Shown one piece after another: positions 58,087 through 64,000 of a stretch of 64,000 nt of DNA (its first letter is position 1; each line of letters starts with the position of its first letter). A program made the translations under genes and the position numbers. The notes below the pieces were generated by a model. The model searched no databases. It was not told the origin of the DNA and was given only the letters and a program-made list of their open reading frames with translations. Source of the stretch: Nitrospirota bacterium (GTDB lineage Bacteria > Nitrospirota > UBA9217); NCBI GenBank assembly GCA_963737155.1, contig CAVTRN010000002.1:672001-736000 (forward strand), given 5' to 3'.

Positions 58087-59940
58087 ATGAATAAAACAGC
58101 GGTGCTGTATATAACCAACCATGGCCAAAGACTGGCGCAGCGGTTGAAGGAATGCGCGTTGGTTACGGAGATTGTCAAATTTTCCCCGTGCGTTGTGACG
58201 GACCTGTGGAGCAAGTACGAAGCCCTTGTCTTCATCATGGCTACAGGGATTGTTGTCAGGACCATTGCTCCCTTGCTGAAGGATAAGAAGACGGATCCCG
58301 CGGTCATCGTCCTTGATGACGCAGGCAGGTTCGTCGTGAGCCTGGCTGGCGGACACCTGGGCGGTGCGAATGATCTGACACGGGAGATCGCGCAATTCCT
58401 GGGAGGAGAGGCGGTCATTACCACGGCTTCGGATGTGAACAGTCTCCCTTCCATCGATTTGTGGGCCAGAGATCATGGCCTTGCTGTGGAGGATTGGGGG
58501 CTGCTTCCGCAAATCGGCACCCGGTTCGTTAATAACGGCGCATTACGGGTCTATGAAGATCGGGGGACAGGAAGCAAGGAACCGGTGGCGGGGATACATT
58601 TGCCCGCCGAGTTCTTGCAGGTGGCGGATCCACGGTTTGCCGATATCATCATTACTAATCGGAAGACGGTGTTCTCCGGATCCCCCTGCGATCAAGGCTC
58701 CGAGGCTTGCTCACCAGATGCCTGCCGGGTAACGGGCCAGCTATATCTCAGGCCCGGAAATCTCGTTGTTGGTATCGGCTGCAACAGCGGCACGTCCCGG
58801 GACGAGATAGAGAATGCGGTACTCTTGACGCTCGAAGAGCACAACCTGGCATTTCCGTCCGTTCATTCCATCGCCACTATTGATATTAAACGCGACGAAC
58901 CGGGCCTGCAGGCTTTTATTCAAAAATATAATTTCCCCCTGCACACTTTTAATTCCTGCGAACTGAACCGAGTGGAAGGGATTCAGAAATCGGACACTGT
59001 CATGAGGTCCACGGGTGCTTTCGGCGTTGCTGAACCGTCAGCGCTCCTTGCCGCGGGAGCGAACAGGCTGCTTGTGCCGAAGCAAAAGAAAGGAAATGTG
59101 ACCGTGGCGATAGCTGAAGCCAAGAATCTACAGAGTTCAGCGTTTGGGGTTCAGAGTGAAAAAGAAGTTGAGGCAGAGCCGGGGGCAGGCAAGATATTCA
59201 TCGTTGGCACAGGACCGGGAAGCATTGAGCATATCACCCCTGCCGCGCGTGAGGCCATCAGGAAATCCGATATCATCGTAGGCTATGGCACCTACCTCCA
59301 TTTAATCACGGAACTCCTGCATGGCAAGGAGGTCTTATCCACAGGGATGACACAGGAGGTGGACAGGTGCCGCAAGGCAATGGAATTGGCATGCAGCAAC
59401 AGGACCGTGTCGGTGATCAGCGGGGGTGACCCCGGAGTCTATGCCATGGCAGGGTTAGTGTTTGAACTTCTGCGTTCGGAAGAGGGGAAGGGCAGGAGAC
59501 TACCCGCCGTTGAGGTAATTCCCGGCATATCGGCCCTGAACGCCAGTGCATCGCGGCTCGGCGCTCCATTGATGCACGACTTTGCGTGCATAAGCTTGTC
59601 GGACAGACTGACCCCGTGGGAAGTGATCGAAAATCGGATTGAAGCTGCTGCAGCGGCTGACTTCGTTATCGTCCTGTACAACCCCCGGAGTACAGGCAGA
59701 CCCGACCATATCAATAGGGCGAGGGAAATCATCCTGAAGCACCGCCAACCAACGACGGTTGTGGGCATTGTCAAGGGCGCAATGCGGGAACACGAGTCTG
59801 TCATTGTGACGGACCTGGAAAAAATGCGGGACGGCGATGTCGACATGCAGACCACGGTGATTATTGGCAACTCAAAAACATTTGTATGGAATAATCTGAT
59901 GGTAACGCCGAGAGGATATGAAAAAAAGTTCTCAATCTGA
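58087..59940 (+). CDS. cbiGH: Fused cobalt-precorrin-5A hydrolase (CbiG) and precorrin-3 C17-methyltransferase (CbiH)
   Basis: MATGIVVR, DPAV, GHLGGAN, GIGC and GVAEP; then GTGPG, SGGDPGVYAMA, SLSDRLTPW, YNPRS and TPRGY. Confidence 0.92.
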   Translation: MNKTAVLYITNHGQRLAQRLKECALVTEIVKFSPCVVTDLWSKYEALVFIMATGIVVRTIAPLLKDKKTDPAVIVLDDAGRFVVSLAGGHLGGANDLTREIAQFLGGEAVITTASDVNSLPSIDLWARDHGLAVEDWGLLPQIGTRFVNNGALRVYEDRGTGSKEPVAGIHLPAEFLQVADPRFADIIITNRKTVFSGSPCDQGSEACSPDACRVTGQLYLRPGNLVVGIGCNSGTSRDEIENAVLLTLEEHNLAFPSVHSIATIDIKRDEPGLQAFIQKYNFPLHTFNSCELNRVEGIQKSDTVMRSTGAFGVAEPSALLAAGANRLLVPKQKKGNVTVAIAEAKNLQSSAFGVQSEKEVEAEPGAGKIFIVGTGPGSIEHITPAAREAIRKSDIIVGYGTYLHLITELLHGKEVLSTGMTQEVDRCRKAMELACSNRTVSVISGGDPGVYAMAGLVFELLRSEEGKGRRLPAVEVIPGISALNASASRLGAPLMHDFACISLSDRLTPWEVIENRIEAAAAADFVIVLYNPRSTGRPDHINRAREIILKHRQPTTVVGIVKGAMREHESVIVTDLEKMRDGDVDMQTTVIIGNSKTFVWNNLMVTPRGYEKKFSI

Positions 59941-61201
59941 AATCAGGGACCAGAAGGACGGTTCAATTCCCAAGGCCGCCATGTTGTGGGACGAATCATT
60001 TCTGTGGGGCGTGATGGCGCATAAGGCCCTCACGGGAAGCGGGCTTTCCTTTGACCTTATCCGTGCCGAGGATGTGAGGAATGGCGGGTTGAGAGAGCAT
60101 GCCATGCTGTTCGTTCCCGGCGGTTGGGCATCAAATAAATTGAAGGCACTTGGTGACGACGGCATTAAAGAAATAAAACGGTTCGTGAATGCTGGCGGTT
60201 TGTATCTCGGGTTTTGCGGTGGTGCCGGGCTTGCTACGATGGATGGTATCGGTATCGTGCCCGTTAAACGACGACCAACGAAGGAGCGGGTGCCAAGCTT
60301 CAGCGGTAAAATCAAACTTGCAGTGTCCTCTCATCCTGCATGGCTGGGCATTTCGGAACCCGTGTTCCATGCTTGGTGGCCATCTCAATTCGTGATCGAC
60401 GGACCGGTGAACGTGCTCGCTACCTATGCTGAAGCGCTGCCTGACTCCTTCAGCTCCGACATGAACGTAGGGGATGTGGCTGCCGCCGGTAGCTGGTCCG
60501 AGCTAGAGCACCTTTACCAGATTAATCTGAACCCCAAACGCCTGCTCGGCGAGCCTGCCGTCATCGAGGGCCGGTTCGGAGACGGGAAAGTGCTTCTATC
60601 TCTCGTTCATTTTGATACGCCAGAAGACAGCAACGGGACGAAGGCGCTCGGGAATATCTGGCGTTACCTGGACTGCAATCAGCAATCGGCTGATGCGGCT
60701 ACGTCCGAAATACCGGACTGGCAGGATCGGGGACCATCATCTTATCAAATAGTATCAGAACTCGAGGCAGCGATTGGAGGGCTTATAGACCTCGGGTTAC
60801 GGAACTTTCTCTGGTTTTGGCGCAATCCCATGCTCCTGCAGTGGCGGCGCGGAGTGCGGGGTCTTGAATATTGTACGCTGTATGTCATGGTGCGAGAGAT
60901 CGCGGAATTTCTTGGTGCGCAGGATGGGAATCAGGAAATACCTGGTCTGGAAAAAAGTCTGGTGAGGATCAGGGAACTGCTCTTGCGTTTTGTTGAAAAG
61001 GCGAACCGTCTTCTGGTCCGTGAACGGCTTGTCATGCAATATTCCCATATAACCTATGAACGGTGCGATGACTTGGAAATCCAGACGATCAGAGAAGAAT
61101 TATTCGCACGCTCCAAAAGCCATGGCGGGCTCTTCAAAGAGCTCATCGATGAGATTGACAGGCTGTTGTATCATGCTCTGACGCTGCGGAGGAAAGGCTA
61201 A
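59918..61201 (+). CDS. BPL-N / class I glutamine amidotransferase-like domain protein
   Basis: LFVPGG, FVNAGG.YLGFCGGAG nucleophile-elbow motif and VHF; overlaps cbiGH. Confidence 0.65.
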   Translation: MKKSSQSEIRDQKDGSIPKAAMLWDESFLWGVMAHKALTGSGLSFDLIRAEDVRNGGLREHAMLFVPGGWASNKLKALGDDGIKEIKRFVNAGGLYLGFCGGAGLATMDGIGIVPVKRRPTKERVPSFSGKIKLAVSSHPAWLGISEPVFHAWWPSQFVIDGPVNVLATYAEALPDSFSSDMNVGDVAAAGSWSELEHLYQINLNPKRLLGEPAVIEGRFGDGKVLLSLVHFDTPEDSNGTKALGNIWRYLDCNQQSADAATSEIPDWQDRGPSSYQIVSELEAAIGGLIDLGLRNFLWFWRNPMLLQWRRGVRGLEYCTLYVMVREIAEFLGAQDGNQEIPGLEKSLVRIRELLLRFVEKANRLLVRERLVMQYSHITYERCDDLEIQTIREELFARSKSHGGLFKELIDEIDRLLYHALTLRRKG

Positions 61202-61369
61202 GCCCCCCGGGCTTGTTGTAAATCGAGCCTCCATCATGAACTGGATTATAAAAATTGCCGAAAAGAACCACGATAAAATTTTCTGCGTTTCATATTGTGC
61301 TTCACCTAAAGAGAGGTTCACTGGGCGTCTCACTCAGCATGAGTGTCACAAAGAGCTTCATACTTCCGC

Positions 61370-61396
61370 GTGTTTCACGATGGCATCGTGAAACAC
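61370..61396. terminator. Perfect inverted repeat between convergent genes
   Basis: GTGTTTCACGAT-GGC-ATCGTGAAACAC (12-bp stem); no U-tract. Confidence 0.4.
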
Positions 61397-61527
61397 TGCG
61401 ATCAATTTACTTGGTCCGCCATGTGAGATTGTCGTTTGCGCTGGTTCACAGGGATTTCAAAATAGATGCATGCTCTTTATCCGATTGCGCGAACAAAAAG
61501 GGCAAATGGTCGTTTATTATCCCATCG

Positions 61528-61998
61528 TCAAAACCGCAAGGTTGCTTTGAACCGCTTCGGATTCAGCAATAAGTCGAGCCCTTCAACCGCGCTCCGGACG
61601 TGAATGTCCGCAGCCAGGATCGCATCAACGGCGCATCCTTCCCCCTCTGACACCGCAATGCCGATCCGTGCGACCTTGAGCATCTTACGGTCGTTGTTTC
61701 CGTTGCCAAAAGCGACGACGTTCTCCGCACCGAGTTTCGTTACATACTCTGCCTTCTGCGCGTCCTGGTTATTTCCCGTCAGAATGTGCATTTCGCAGTT
61801 AATACCTTTCAGTTCAGCCTGCGCTTGGCCGAAGGTATCGGCGGTGAGGATATGTATTTTCAGAACCTCCGCCAACTTATTCAGCTGCGTATCCATTTTT
61901 GACAATAGTTGCCCGGTTACGGACAATGTGCCGGTAAAATCCGACACGAGGTGCTTCAGTTGGACCAAGCCGAAGCCAGGAATATCGATCTCAATCAT
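61528..61998 (-). CDS. HAD-superfamily hydrolase (soluble P-type ATPase-like)
   Basis: DFTGTL, LTADTFG, K and GNGNND motifs. Confidence 0.85.
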   Translation of the reverse strand: MIEIDIPGFGLVQLKHLVSDFTGTLSVTGQLLSKMDTQLNKLAEVLKIHILTADTFGQAQAELKGINCEMHILTGNNQDAQKAEYVTKLGAENVVAFGNGNNDRKMLKVARIGIAVSEGEGCAVDAILAADIHVRSAVEGLDLLLNPKRFKATLRF

Positions 61999-62016
61999 GC
62001 CTACTTCCTTTCTCGA

Positions 62017-63528
<1,512 letters not shown>

Positions 63529-63830
63529 TCAGGCACTACATCACCCGGCTGCATTCACCAAGACAATCCTTGAATCCCGTGAGAAAAGAATCACATCAAG
63601 GTCAGCAGGTCGGTAAACGTCAGGACCGCCTTCACGTTCTGCCTTTCGGTTTACAACACTCAATTATATACGTGGATAACGGGTATTGAGCAATTCAACC
63701 TATATTCCCGCTTTACCGTGACCAACATATTATCTTGCTGTGATGATTTTGTGACCATCGCAAAGTATACTTTAATTAAACATATGGGAGAGACTGCGTA
63801 TAAATCATATATGTGGTCAGGAGGTTGGAC

Positions 63831-64000
63831 ATGAAGCCAAGATTTATCAGGCCGGTTGTGGTGATGTTTACCCTTGCACTAACAGCAATGCTGGCGTATG
63901 CAGGCGGATTGGCCAGCAAAGCCTTTTCGTCTCTTTTTTCTGAATACGGAACTGCCGTTGCACAAGAGACAGGAACATCAAAGATTGTATTCACCGTCAA
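63831..64000 (+). CDS. Secreted or membrane-anchored hypothetical protein (3' truncated)
   Basis: AGGAGG RBS; MKPRFIRPVVVMFTLALTAMLAYAG... signal-like N-terminus; frame open to the window end. Confidence 0.6.
   Translation, partial: MKPRFIRPVVVMFTLALTAMLAYAGGLASKAFSSLFSEYGTAVAQETGTSKIVFTV

Noticed and set aside
63776-64000. Minus-strand 74-aa ORF from the track
   Set aside because: It is the antisense shadow of a plus-strand gene with an AGGAGG RBS and signal peptide starting at 63831.

Overview
Bacterial chromosomal DNA, gene-dense, from an anaerobe. Gene content and style suggest Desulfobacterota/Deltaproteobacteria or anaerobic Nitrospirota; this taxonomy is inference only. Five blocks: (1) 0.9-7.0 kb, minus strand: a compact lipid/polyketide cluster (SAM methyltransferase, U32 Fe-S protein, ACP, FabF-type KS, B12-binding radical SAM, type III PKS). 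(2) 11.2-17.4 kb: lysine catabolism (ALDH7, lysine 6-aminotransferase, FAD-linked 2-hydroxyacid dehydrogenase, and an unannotated His/His/Glu protein resembling a 2-oxoadipate dioxygenase). (3) 17.6-36.4 kb: a corrinoid-dependent methyl-transfer system bracketed by metF and folD. It has a soluble multi-PAS kinase and NarL-type regulator, two MtaA/CmuA-family Zn methyltransferases, a corrinoid protein, a RACo activator, a CobW GTPase, a CbbQ/CbbO-type AAA+/VWA pair, DUF2284, DUF1638, an Rdx protein, and a UGA-containing putative selenoprotein with a SECIS-like hairpin that the ORF track misses. (4) 36.8-61.2 kb: three cobalamin riboswitches controlling bzaCDE and cobT-bzaF plus an anaerobic cbi operon, which lacks cbiJ and ends in a BPL-N/GATase-like gene. 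Many cbi genes carry in-frame degenerate heptamer-repeat insertions. (5) A HAD hydrolase, enolase, and a truncated secreted protein. No rRNA, tRNA, CRISPR array or intact mobile element was seen. All family calls come from motif recognition by eye; no database searches were run.
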